A DNA stretch of 64,000 nt from Gordius albopunctatus (Eukaryota): NCBI GenBank assembly GCA_964276515.1, contig OZ193909.1, forward strand, positions 6,448,001 to 6,512,000, given 5' to 3'. The notes below the pieces were generated by a model. The model worked only from the letters and a program-made list of their open reading frames with translations. It searched no databases and had not been told where the DNA came from. A program made the position numbers and the translations under genes. Numbering within the stretch: the stretch's first letter is position 1; each line of letters begins with the position of its first letter. Shown one piece after another: positions 1 to 12,440 of the stretch.

Positions 1-452
1 TATTAATTTAAAAAAAAATAAAAATTTTTGTCCTCTCCGGGTCTCGAACCATCAATTTAGAACGTTCGCCGGGATTCAAACCCACATTAAATAGAGGTTT
101 AAGCCTTTGGAGGGGAACAGGGAACCATATAAATAGAGCCATAGGCCCTTGTAGGGGAGGGCATAGGGTAATTATCAATGTTAAACTATTCAAAAACGAA
201 AAATTAAAAATTTCGATTTATCTGGCCAGTGGTCATTTTTTCATTGGTCAGTAGCCTGCGGACGGTCAAAAAGTCATATTATCAATGGTATTAACAAGAA
301 CAAAATATTAATTTAATTTAAAAAAAAAAAATTTTGTCCTCTCCGGGTCTCGAACCCGCAACCTCCAGGTCGGGAAGCTGGTGTAAATAACTTGGTGGAC
401 GACGGACGGACGGACGGACAACCAAAAACGAGCCCATAAATTGCATAGCAAT
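1..452. repeat. Right part of an interspersed repeat with a (GGAC)n microsatellite and terminus CCCATAAATTGCATAGCAA (possibly a Helentron-associated/DINE-1-like non-autonomous element)
   Basis: 130-330 recurs in the same orientation within 8270-8580. The terminus or its reverse complement TTGCTATGCAATTT recurs at about 7866, 9059, 21140, 23977 and 44101. GGAC repeats at 397-420. tRNA-like B-box fragments at 40-84 and 343-358. Confidence 0.45.
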
Positions 453-509
453 TAACACAATTTCAAACTAGATACAAAATCATAAATAAATAAAATAATG
501 GAAAATATA

Positions 510-840
510 TAAATTGTAATATATAGTTTTCTATTCAATGCGTTAATATGAAATTGACTATAGTGATACTAATACCTATATTATAAGTGAATAAAGGTAA
601 CTTTGTGATTAGTTAATGAATATATGCCAGCACATAATACATTATAATAATATATAGTTTTATATTCAATGCATTAACATGAAAATGTCTGTAGCCATAC
701 TAATACCTATATTATAGGTGAATAAAGGTAACTTTGTGATTAGTTACTCAATATATGCAAGCATATAATAAATTGTAATAATATATAGTTTTCTAATTTA
801 ACATAACGTCTATGGCCATACTAATACCTATATTATAAAA
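510..840. repeat. Tandem repeat, unit about 131 bp, about 2.5 copies
   Basis: ATATAGTTTT...CTAATACCTATATTATA...AAAGGTAACTTTGTGATTAGTTA recurs at about 520, 650 and 783. Confidence 0.8.
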
Positions 841-1449
841 TATTCTTTATATATGGCTAAAATATGATTAATGATATTAAAATTTATTTTTTATACATGT
901 CAAAAATATGTTTTATTGTTTTAAATAAAAAAAATTTGAATATTCTGTCTCACCCAAATGCTAATAAATTTTTTGACATTTTTAATATGGGTATTTATGA
1001 TGAGTTACGATTTTTAGTCCTATAGGATATAAATAGTTAAAAGGATTTTTATTGCTTATTGCCGGAGAAGTAAAATACTCGAGCTAAATAAAGTAAATAA
1101 AAAATAATGATCATCCCCCTATACGAAGATATAAAAAAATGTTTTACTCCCTGATAATTTAGATTTTGTTTAGTTCGCGATATATTCGCGGGATAATTCT
1201 CCGACGTTCGTAGATAGTTTTTAAAAACCCTTAAGATTACTTATGGGGTGTGAGAAACCTCATAGTATTATAATTTAAAATCATATAAGCAGTTTTAGAT
1301 TTAGTTTGGTTTTATATGGTCCTTTTAAAGTTATTAACAAGCCTAAACTATTTTTTCGTTAAAATCAAGCGGGACCTGATGATAACCTAAGACATAAAAA
1401 ATTACATAATTTGGATTCACTATTTTACAAAATATATAAGAAATAGATT

Positions 1450-3440
1450 TTAAAATTTATTCACAAGTATTTGTGTGTATGATTTATTCCTCAGATTCAC
1501 TAGCTTCTGTGAAGTCGCTAGTGTCTCTTTCATCGGATAGATTATTAGAAATATTATTGGATATAAAGATTGACGGCGAATGCGAAAAATTATAATACCG
1601 CGAGTCGTAACTATAGGAAACAAGACTAGAGATATTGTCGATATAATTGAAAATATCAATATCGCGCGAAGCATCATTGTATGAGGCGAGTAGGGTGCTA
1701 ATTTGTGAATTCTTTTCACGGACGCGTTTATTTATATAATATAAGTGCGACCTTGATCAATCTGCAAAAGATTAATCTCGGTTTTCCCGTTATTTTCGAT
1801 TAAAAATGCGATACAGGTATACAGATCAGGGTGGGCCCGTCCAATAAGGGACTTGAGGCCATTCTTCAAGATGATTGTTGGTCCTAGGACCAACAGCCTC
1901 ATACCTCTGCCACATTTCGTAAGGAAAAATGGCAGAGGGGGCCACCCATGTTTTGGACACATATATAAAAAATTTACGCAGTTTAGCATGTTGGGAGACA
2001 AAAGGGTCATCCCAACATGCATTATAAATAAAAACAACATCTTCATATTTCATAAAAGGAAAACCAGCGACTCTTCGCACCATTTTCCGTATAAAAGGAG
2101 ATCTCGAATACTCGCCTCTGAATTCCAGTTTATCGATTCGTCTTAGTAAGGCCCTAGAGTAGTGAAATAAGCACCCTAAATATAAGATTAATAGGAAACA
2201 TACATTTTTACCTTTATCACTGAACACGGAAAACATTTTTGAAAAGCGCCCTTTGCAGAGCGTTCAAAATATATGTGGATTCAAGTGTAAATTGAATTCC
2301 AAGCATATATCCTTCAATTTGTTGAACGCTCTGCTATAGGTGTGGAGCTTACGATCCGGCATAAAATATATACTACAGGAACCATATGATCCTTGTAGTA
2401 GGCATGTATTGTATAAAGCTAAAATTTTATAAATATATCAATTATTAATTACTTGATAAAATATTGTGGGGTATACTTTGAAGGTGCCATCCATGTAGAT
2501 AGAAGTAACTTGGCATAGTACCTTCAAAAGAGATGGTGTTCCAAAAATGAGCATTTGATTGCTGTCATTCCATAACAAAAACCTCTCATTTTTGGGGGTG
2601 AGAGTTTGGACAGGAGTCAAGTGGATTTGACTTCGGTCAGAAGGAATCAACTGCCTTTGAGGATCGGCCCTCTTCATTGTCTTCCTAATGGATTTAAACG
2701 AAGGAGTGGCCATTGGAAAATCGGCTAAGTCTGGAACATCACGCAAACGGGCACTTAAAGTCTGGTGATACAACCTACTAATTTTCTTAGTAAGGTTTGC
2801 AACAACAGCGTCTTTAAGTGCCCTTATCGTAACAAGACATTCATACTCTTCCCTCGGAGGTTCATTGTTGTGCTGACGATTAACAGCAATAATACCATTC
2901 ACTTCCGAGGCTGTTACTGGACAAGCTGAATTTCGGCACTTGTAATAAACTTTGTTGGGCATTTCCCTGTTCTTAACATACAGGTAGGAAGAGTAATAAA
3001 GGATTGATCCTCCTTTTTGTGATTTAATATAAATGGGAGTTTGTTCTAAAAATAAAATAAAAATTATTTATGTGATATATACCTCGATGAATAGCTTCCA
3101 TATGATTGGTAGCATCAACAAAAATTAGTGCATCTTCAATTGAAGGACCTTTTAAAATATTAATGTGAAACATTTAAAATAATCATTTTACCACTAGAGG
3201 TCATGGAACTTATGGTAGATGAAGAAGAGCCTAGAAAAATATAATAAAATAGATGAACTATGAATATACTTTGGCAAGCAGATTGCCTAATTTGAGAGGT
3301 TCCAGACAATCTTGGAAATTGCACATTTGGTATGGGTGTACCAACAACATACAAAGATGATGCTATAACAATATAAACAATGAATCAAGTAAATTCATAC
3401 TTGGGCAAGCAGATTGCCTAACTTGGGGATTTGCAGGCAT
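1450..3440 (-). mobile_element. Mutator-like (MULE) transposase gene with FLYWCH-like zinc finger, intron-rich, frameshifted
   Basis: ATG at 3440. In-frame GT-AG introns at 3363-3400, 3231-3269, 3149-3191, 3046-3082, 2419-2452 and 2176-2211. Motifs KSQKGG..YLY..YYKC..C, YMDGTFK, FYQ|LYTIH, GCLFHY and PRTNNHLEEW. A frameshift/deletion near 2270 removes the second catalytic D (the DFE motif). Confidence 0.85.
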
Positions 3441-4350
3441 AATCAGAATAGATGAGATTACACAATTTACAAATTAAAAAGTGAATTGGTAAAATTTGAA
3501 ATGAACAGTAATAAAAGCAATAATTTGATTGGTTTCGAAGTTTATATGTTATGTCGTACGAGCGCAAATTTATTAAGTGTTTTGATTGGTTTTAAGGATT
3601 TTTTCCATTATTTATTTTGACCAGAAGTGACAAAAATTATAGATAATGGCATTAATTTCATTTTGTAATGTAAGATTCATATCCTTTGACCCGACTCTAT
3701 AAATCCTGCCTGACCCGAATGCATTCTAAAATTTTCAACCCGACCCGACCCGAAAGCGTTTTTAAGGGTTGTGTTCAGGTTTCGGGTGACCAGTGCAGGC
3801 CTCTACGCAGTACATATCGTCTAAACTATGCATTTATAATTTAATTAATTTTCAAAAAAATGGTTATTTTTAATCATTATAATAAATTAAGATTTTATGT
3901 TAATTAATTTTTTAACCAAACTAGTATATTGTTCATTTAATTTAATATCGCGATTGTATATTTTACGTTGTATTAGAATCAAAGAATCGAAATTATGAAA
4001 TATTGACGGTCACGAGGAAATAGCTGAAATCTGTGGAGTGGTGTTAACTTGTGTCAACAATTCCCAAGATGTTCGTCCATCTTTAGTATTAGCTTAGTTG
4101 AGCTATAACATAATGAAATCGTTTACTTGAGGATTGACCCTCTTATCATAACTCATTCAGTGTATTCAATTTATGCAATTTTCTCGTTTAGTGTTAGTTG
4201 TAATTTATATTATGTATAGTTTTCGTGTTTATCCCATATCTATCCATGTAAATAATTTATGTTTCTATAGTGTACAATATAATTGCAAATACTCCATGAT
4301 GTATTATCAATTAATTATTTTAAAGTTTAAGCATGGTCAAAGGTCAGCAT

Positions 4351-6174
4351 TAGTGATGATCAAATCAAAACCTAGCTTTTGATCAGGCAACCTGAGGGTT
4401 CAAGTTCGGGCGTTCCAACCTGAAACCCAGGTTGACCTCAGGTTAACCTGATAAAAATCTCTTGTTTTATGCGATAAATTTATATTTTACTTTAACTATT
4501 TTCCTTTTTCAAGATGCGTCACACTTTTTAAATATTTACAATTTTAAATGAAGAAAAAATAGTTTTTGGTTATTATTTATAAAAAAAATAAGATTTTTTT
4601 ATATAAAAATTTAATTAATTGTTAAACATGTATATTACTCGATAACGCCATCTATATGTTTATAAATTTTGATAAACATATCCCAACACTTTATTTATCA
4701 AAATTTATCCTTATCGAGTAATATACATGTTTAACAATTAATTAAATTTTTATATAAAAAAAATCTTATTTTTTTTTTAAATAATAACCAAAAACTATTT
4801 TTTCTTCATTTAAAATTGTAAATATTTAAAAAGTGTGACGCATCTTGAAAAAGGAAAATAGTTAAAGTAAAATAAAAATTTATTCTTAAATTTATCGCAT
4901 AAAACAAGAGATTTAGAGGTCTGCATGGGCCGAAATTTCAGGGTCAGGCCCGGCCCATACCCGCACAAATATATTTTTTTTTACCCATGCCCGCCCCGCA
5001 AAATGACAACAAAAAATGCGCCGCATCAGGCCCGCACGAGAAAAAAGCTTCAATGTTTTCAAAAAAATTTATTTATATAGAAACAATTTTGCATGTATGA
5101 AAAAATTGTTATAGCATATAAAAACGATATTAATAAAAAAAAATTATAATTCAATATTGTCATTTAGAAATAATAAACTGTCTATTCTATCAGGTAGTAG
5201 TATCTTACTAAACGTGCGTTCACTTGTAGCGCTTGTGGCTGGGATTGCCAAAAACTGTACAGCTAACTTTGTCAAATTAGGTAGGATAAGGCCGTGTTCT
5301 TTCCACCATGAAATAATATCAAGCTCATCATCTATCGGTTTAAGATTTAATTTAAAATAAGTATCAAATTCATTGCTCTCCTCAATCTGCTCTCTTTCAT
5401 CGTCCTCCCAAACGGAGATATCCATATCGACTTCACCAATAGCTAATTGCCTACATACCTGAGCTGAATTGCTCATAGATGGACGACTGATGCAAGAAGA
5501 GCTAGAATCTTCTTGCATTAATTTATTTAAAGTTTGTGTTACCATGGTTTTAACAAGAATAGCAATGTTGATATTATAAGTTTGTAATAAGAAGGAGAAG
5601 TGTAGCTAAAACTAATTAATTATAAAATAGAATTTTTTAATGAATTACCTTAAAGCTTAAAACAACGTCAATGAGATCTTGGAACAAATATTAAGCAATC
5701 TAAGAATTTGAAAAGCGAGGGAAAAAATAAACAATGAAGTTAAAAACAAACACTACCTTCTATCCATTCAATTAATTTACTTAATTAACGAAAAATATAA
5801 TATTAAATTTTCCCTCAAAATAATACTGTTCAAATAGCAAATTTTTGTTAAAAAAAATAAATTTTTTATCATCAAGATAATAAATGCATTTTTTTTGTGT
5901 CAATACTATAATGATAGTATAGAGTTTAATATATTTAAATTTTTTCACTTATCAAAGCCCAAGCCCGGCCCGCACTTTTTTTAGTGCTCATTTTCAGGTC
6001 CGGCCCCTGCAGACCTCTAAACCTGAGGTCAACCTGGGTTTCAGGTTTGGGATAAAATTGACCTGAAGGTTTTTCAGGTTGATTTTCGGGATCAACCTCA
6101 GGTTAAGGTTCGAACCTAAAACCGACCTGAGGTTGGACCTCGGGAAAACCTGACCTAAGTTTTGATCATCACTA
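4351..6174. mobile_element. hAT-type foldback/palindromic non-autonomous element
   Basis: TIR TAGTGATGATCAAA...TTTGATCATCACTA, perfect 8-bp TSD GTCAGCAT (4343-4350 / 6175-6182). Internal inverted arms at about 4455-4641 and 4715-4913. Partial copies at about 10873-11021 and 22616-22970. Confidence 0.85.
4914..6019 (-). mobile_element. Internally deleted (Ds-like) hAT element carrying only the C-terminal dimerization-domain coding segment, nested in the foldback element
   Basis: TIR TAGAGGTCTGCA...TGCAGACCTCTA, GGCCCG subterminal repeats. ORF 5144-5545 contains IISWWKEH..LPNLTKLA..FLAIPATSATSERTFS. Confidence 0.9.
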
Positions 6175-7865
6175 GTCAGCATTTTAATGCCTCTGTAAAT
6201 TTTGGATTTTCTCAGTGTGACTTAAGTTTATATAAGAATTTTAATTGGGCGTCGCAAACGCCAGCATTGTAAATTTTGACAGAGTTACTATCACTAAAAA
6301 TCATGTCAAAACCACCTGCATCATTCATGACTATTAACTAGATTGTGCGAAGATAAAGGAAACGGCATTTTTTAATATATATTATTTTTAAGAGAATATG
6401 GATACCAAATTGCCTTTAGTCCATGTTATTAAGATTAGCTGCATTGCACATTCAAAGAGTTAGTTTCCTAAACGATAACAACTTTTATTACTTATAAAAT
6501 TTGTGCGACCCAATCAAAATTTTGTGTTTAAATCATGGCGCCTTAATATTTTTTTTTAATTAACCATCACCTGGGGAACGCTCTTGATCTAATGAATAGT
6601 TAGTTAGTGATTAGTATTTTTGTCATGTTCTAAAAATGGGTTCAAGATGGTTCAATCTTAATTTTAGGTTGTTAGTCATACGCAATGCTCTTGAAGAAGC
6701 GTTACCGTTATATAGGCAACAGCAATACCTAGCGTTGCTGAAGACGAGAATAAGAAAGAAGATACGCATTAAATAAGGAGAAATCTGGGCACAATGTCTA
6801 TTCAAAGTTATTAAATAGTATGACCAATAACAGCATGGGCGTAGCCAGGTTTTGGATTAGTGGGTGGGGGCAAACGTTTAACCCTCTGTTGGTCAGGTCA
6901 AAATCCTAACACGGATGGTAAAAGGGGTCATGATTACGCCAAAATTTAAATAGCTATAACTTTGTTGTATTATGATATAAAATTTTAAAAGCATAATACT
7001 ACAACTCCTATCTGTCAATCGATATATTAATTACAATTAGTGCAACCCCCAAAATTTCCACCTATGTGACTATATTTATTCATAACAATTCCCCCCCCCA
7101 ATTCCATAATTTAATTTATAAGATCATGTAAAATAAGGTTGGAGCTAAAACTATAAAAAATTTGGCATAAAAAACATGAATAATAAATTTTTGGCCCTAC
7201 CTTTTTTAAGGCAAAAAGTAGTGATGGAGAAATAGCGTTTTTAAGGAGCTATAGCACCCATAAGCGGCTATAATAATATATATAGCACTTTTTAATGTTA
7301 GACATGTTTAAATATCTAATTGCACAGAAAAATTTACACAAATGAGCACTTTGAAATACCACGAGGAAAAATAAACATGTTAAAATCTATGTTTAAAATA
7401 TAAATATCTAAAAAAATAAAATGTTTATAAAAAATTTCTTTACAAATAGGTGAAGAATAATAGTTTTTGATAATAAATTCAAAAAAAATATTGAAATTTT
7501 TTTCTTTCATATTTTGGAAGGTGGGGTCCTAGAGGACCATGGGCATCTAAAATACTCTATATCTTAAAAACTAAATTGATATATTTGCATGCCCAACCCA
7601 AAACGACCAAAACCAAACCAAAAGGTTAATAATATTATCCACCCAAACCCTTTAGGTGTTTTATACACCCAAAGCTAAACGCCAAAGGTGGCCTACAAAA
7701 ATTCATCCAAAACGCTTTCGGTGGTTTTACGAAAACGCCAAAACCCTCCCAAGAAAATTCACCTAACACTGAAAAGACTGGGTGAAAAAAAACGCCAACG
7801 CTTGCAGGCGACCAATAGAAACCCTTGGTTTTTTACAACAGTACTTCGTATAAACGTAGCATATT

Positions 7866-8580
7866 TGCTATGCAATTTATGGGCGAGAAAGGTGGGAAGG
7901 AGAAAGAATGCCTATAGGGGGGTATAAAATGCAAAATGATTAGTTAATTATTTATACAAATATTTATAAAGTTAAATTTTTGTAAAACCTGCTATTATTG
8001 AGGAATAGGTTTTCTTTAATTCGTTCTTAATTATCAACTTCTAAATTAATCAAAAGGACGAAAGGAACGCAAATAGAGGGTATGACTTTAGAAAAGCCAA
8101 TAGTCATCCTTCCAAAACATACAAATTTCAATTTAGAGTTTTTTTTTGATACTGTATAAATTTAAACAATTTGGTGTAGGCGACCCATAATTTGAATTAT
8201 GACTATAGACTCAATTCAAATCATGCGCATATGTATAGTATGAACAAGATATTAACAAAACTAAAAAAATTTCTAATCAGACCTTGGCCATTGGTCATTT
8301 TTTCTATTAACAAGAACAATATATTAATTTAATTAAAAAATAAGCCTTTGGGGGGGGGCACAACGACCCATATCAGTAGAGACATAGGCCCTTGTAAGGG
8401 GGGACATAGGGTAATTATCAATGTTGACCTAATATAGCAATTCAAAAAACGAAAAAAAATTGGATTTATACTTTGGCCAATGGTCATTTTTTTATTGGTC
8501 AGTAGCCAAGACACGGTCAAAAAGTCATATTATCAATGGTATTAACAAGAACATTATATTAATTTAAAAAAAAAATAAAA
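7866..8580. repeat. Second copy (left end plus internal part) of the repeat family at 1-452
   Basis: Begins TTGCTATGCAATTTATGGGC, the reverse complement of the terminus at 432-451. 8270-8580 matches 130-330. Confidence 0.6.
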
Positions 8581-8744
8581 AAAATATATTAAATAATATA
8601 TAGTTAGTTAGCGCAAGCGGTATTAAACATGTTCATAAGATTTTAAATCGTTAGCCATCTTAATTTTATAAATTTTCTTCATATATATTAAAATTTGAAT
8701 AAAAATTCCGGAAAAAATTTCTATAGTATAATAATTTTTTAAAA

Positions 8745-8847
8745 GTCGAGACATGTTAAGAATTCTTGTGAAGACGAGATCGAGATTCTCATAATCGCAC
8801 TCGAGACGAGATTTTGCTTTCGAGACCGAGACGAGATCGAAACATTA
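8745..8847. mobile_element. MITE end with GAGACGAG subrepeats (related pieces at about 16892-17032 and 27315-27552)
   Basis: GAGACCGAGACGAGATCGAAACATTA is nearly the reverse complement of TAGTGTTTCGATCTCGTCTCGGTCTC at 16892. Confidence 0.6.
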
Positions 8848-9988
8848 AGGATAAAAACCTATTATTTAATTAATAATTATATGTAATCTATCTTGTTTTT
8901 TATTATCTTGAAATTCAATCTTTGCCTGTAAAATGTAAGATTTAAGCTTTTCTCCAAAAAAACATATATTAGTTGATAGAACAAAATTATGAGGTAAAGA
9001 ATTAGGAAGTTGTACCTATATTTGGTAGGTGGCTAGCACGTTTTTTAAATGATTTTTATTGCTATGCAATTTATGAACTCACTTTCCTTAAAAAATAGTG
9101 TCAGTCGAGTCTTGTCCAGCTTGTTATTTTTTAATCGAAAACTAGGACTATGTCTGGTACTAAGCCATTGGTTGGAATCATTATAAACATAGCTAATAAT
9201 ACCATAGACTGCCGAACAGCTGACAATTTTTCAGCAAGTATAGAAACCGCCATCTTTTGAGAAACTTTAATCAACAAAAATAACTCTACCTAATTGTTGT
9301 GAATGCTTCCCCCTCTTTCTTAAAGATGCCGCGTGCTAACGCCAGCTGCGCTAGCAAGGCAAGCGAGGATTAAGGAGATCGTTGTACTGTAACCACACAA
9401 TATATATTGATAACCCCATTTTAATCGCGAATCGAAGAACTGATATATATATATATATATTCTCAGATATTTATGCACATGATTATTTATAATAAAGTAC
9501 CTTCGCGATGATTCTAATTCAGTTATAATAAAGTAAGAAGACAAAAATGAATTTTATAATTAGATTTTTATTACTTAATTTCATTAATGGTGAAAAATTC
9601 GTAGATAATAGTAAAAGTAAGAAACAAATTATTGTGCTCAGCAGTACTTAATTCAATTTTTGCCCAGTAGAATATTCAAATGCTCAGTAGAATACTTTAG
9701 TGCTCAGTAAATAATTAATTGTTCAGTAATAAATTTCTTTCTTCATTTTTTTATTCAAATCTTGAGCGAGATTCGAACCCAAAATATCAAAGTAAGAGTC
9801 TTGCGTGCTTCCCATGGAGTCCAAGTAATCTTATGAAAAATGGTTTATTTTTGTTTATAAAAGAATTAAGTTTTACAACCTTTGATGAGTTTAAAGGAAA
9901 GAATTTTAAGCTTTGGCTATGTGAATTGCCAAACGATTGCGAAAAATGGTTTTAAGGCAAGTGCAATTGTCCATCTTTTTATAAAAAA

Positions 9989-10722
9989 CTAGATTAACCC
10001 GGCAAAAGTTGTTTTGCCATTTACCCGGGTGTATTAAATTATTTTGGAATTTTAGGGCATATACGATGATAAAGCGGCTATTGAAGTAAAAATAAAGTTT
10101 GATGTCTATATGTTCAAATCTTAATTCTGAACTTAATAATGTCAGAAGAACTGAGATATATCAACATTTATTAGAACTTTGTTAAAAGTATTTTCATTTT
10201 TCTCCTTATTTAACGCGCAAAACGGGATAAAATGAGATTTTAATTTATTTAGCCACGCAGGAGGAGACACGACCGTCCTATAATAATAATTGACGTGAAA
10301 AATAAGCAAAAAATGACTTTGATTTAATATTTCAAATCGTAAAATGTTTCCATTTTCCGCAGCACATGCCTACATTTATCACACTAAACTACCTACACGC
10401 ATGACGGTCTAGAAAATAGTATAAGGGATACACTTTTATTAAAGAACTGTATATTCAAATTTTCAAAGAACACGATAGATACGCAGTACGTCATGAGGTT
10501 GCGTTTGATTGACATTTTATTAAACGTCAAAACGTATAAAACCGGGAAATGTCCGATAATTTTAAAACGAAAAGGTATTTTAGGAATCTGAAAAAGCTAT
10601 TTTACCCCTGGCCGCCTTGAGCATCTACGGCTAAATTTTCGCGCGAATCAGGCCGGTACTTTCAGAATTTAGCCCTTATCCACATATACACACATACATA
10701 CACTTTACTTAATATATATAGA
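9989..10722 (-). mobile_element. Non-autonomous Helitron (about 734 bp)
   Basis: On the minus strand: 5' TC at 10722, 3' hairpin GGCAAAAC..TTTTGCC followed by CTAG at 9989, inserted between A and T. Confidence 0.85.
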
Positions 10723-11089
10723 TTATCTAATAATATCATTAACCTCTATTTCTTTCATTTATAATTGAAAATGTTTTAAAAAAAATATTTAATATATATA
10801 GAAATGAGTGAATATTTAAAAAAATATTAAAAAATTTTATATTAATTTGTCGCTATATAATTTAACAATCTTTCAGGTCAACCAACACCAATCCCGGTTT
10901 TAGGTTGAGGTGGGATTTTCGGGATCAACCTTAGGTTGGTTCAAGAGTTGAAAGATTTTAAAGGTTTTTTTGCATCCTAGACCTAATCCCTTAGGTTACA
11001 AATAGGTTTTGATCTTCACTAATTCCAGGCTGAAATGGATTTACGGAAAGCTCTGAAAAAAGGAGAGTCAACAAAACAAACATAAGAGG

Positions 11090-12440
11090 CATAGGATCGT
11101 GGGCAGCGTCAGGTACCGGGAGAAGGAACCCGATTAGGTGCTAAATTTGCCCTTGTACTCTAAACGTGGGCATGAAACCACCATTATTAATAATGCGCTT
11201 TGTTCCAAACGATGTCATTTGAAAGCAAGCGTTGTATTGGCGAATTTGTTCGAGAAAGTGTTTGGACACAGGAGTACTTAACAGCGATTCCTGTGGCTCT
11301 TCCAGAGGTGGTAAATTGACCTTCCCATTCAAACAACACATTCCACCCTGTTCTGTGCGGAACCGTAGAGCCTGACAATGTACACACAGTGTATCCATTC
11401 TGCTAATTTTGACGGAGGGATGGAGTCTGTAATCATACGCCGAATCATACGCGAAAGCGACTAAGGTTAAATTGGCTCCCGAGCTATTTCGTGTAAGCCT
11501 GGCTCGTTTCCAAAGGACGGCCAGCCGGGCGTTGCGTTTTCCGCAAGTTTCAGCTGCTCTCGACGTGGAGGCTCGGTTCCGAAGGTCGGCCAGCCGGGCG
11601 TTGCGCTTTCCGCCAGTTTCAGCTGCTCTCGACGTAGAGGCTCGGTTCCGAAGGGCGGCAAGCCGGCGTTGCGCTTTTCGCCAGTTTAAGCTGTTCTCGC
11701 CGTGGAGGCTTGATTCCGCTTTTTGGCCAGCCGGGCGTTGCGTTTTCTGGCAGTTTCAGCTGCTCTGGTCTTCTTTGCGGTTTTTGTAGTAGGGGAGACC
11801 GGGGCTATCGTGGCCATAAAAAATCAAACAGGCCTGGACAAAAATTTTCAACCAATTTTTATATAATTTTTTCAAAAAAATGTTCTTGCCCACAATGTTT
11901 ATTATAGGAAAAAATATTATGGCAATACAGCTAAAAGATTTTTTATAGGAAGGTTTCAAAAAAAAAGACAACTCGTATAACTTCGAAAAATGACCGGGGT
12001 TAAGGTTACCTTCAAAAGGGGCTAAGGTGTCCTCTATAATTTAAAGTTTAAATAGTATAAATAACTTATGTGATGTGCTTAAATATTAAACGTTTGTCTT
12101 TTGTAGTATATCAAGTATCATATAATAATTTATCTTTCATAACATATATAGTTTCATACAATAATTTAATTTAAAAAAGGACGTTTTAGCCCCGAAAAAT
12201 CTTATTTTCTGCATAATTTTTTTGTAACAAAAGTTAACCCAAATATTTTTTGTGCCTAATATGTGCCTTAATAAAGTACATTTAAGATTAAAATTTGAGG
12301 TCAAAATAAGCATAAATGACAAAATTAATTGAGAGGACGTATATAGCCTCGGTAAAGGAATAGCCCCGGTCTCCCCTACGTAGAATTTTCATTAAAGTTT
12401 TTTTCCGCCGAGGCATATGAGGCTGTTAGAACATATCTTC
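11090..12440 (-). pseudogene. Helitron Rep-helicase N-terminal remnant (23-aa STPR-like repeats plus Cys-rich module), interrupted by a MITE
   Basis: CVHCQALRF..GGMCCLNGKV and YNACFQMTSFG..PTFRVQGQI motifs. 69-bp repeats at about 11500-11765. Close copy of 32631-33330. Contains stops and frameshifts. Confidence 0.85.
11792..12376. mobile_element. TA-targeting MITE (Tc1/mariner-pogo type)
   Basis: TIR GGGGAGACCGGGGCTA...TAGCCCCGGTCTCCCC flanked by TA. The empty site GTAGTACGTAG is visible in the paralogous Helitron at about 33277. Confidence 0.9.

Noticed and set aside
336..384. tRNA-like sequence (anticodon arm plus GGTTCGAGACC T arm) on the minus strand; similar B box near 9770
   Set aside because: No D arm or complete acceptor stem, and embedded in repeats, so not a tRNA gene.
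6878..7630. TTAA-CCCT start suggesting a piggyBac element
   Set aside because: No matching right TIR or transposase found.
11472..11789. Plus-strand repeat ORFs (also 33031-33375)
   Set aside because: Antisense shadows of the Helitron 69-bp coding repeats.
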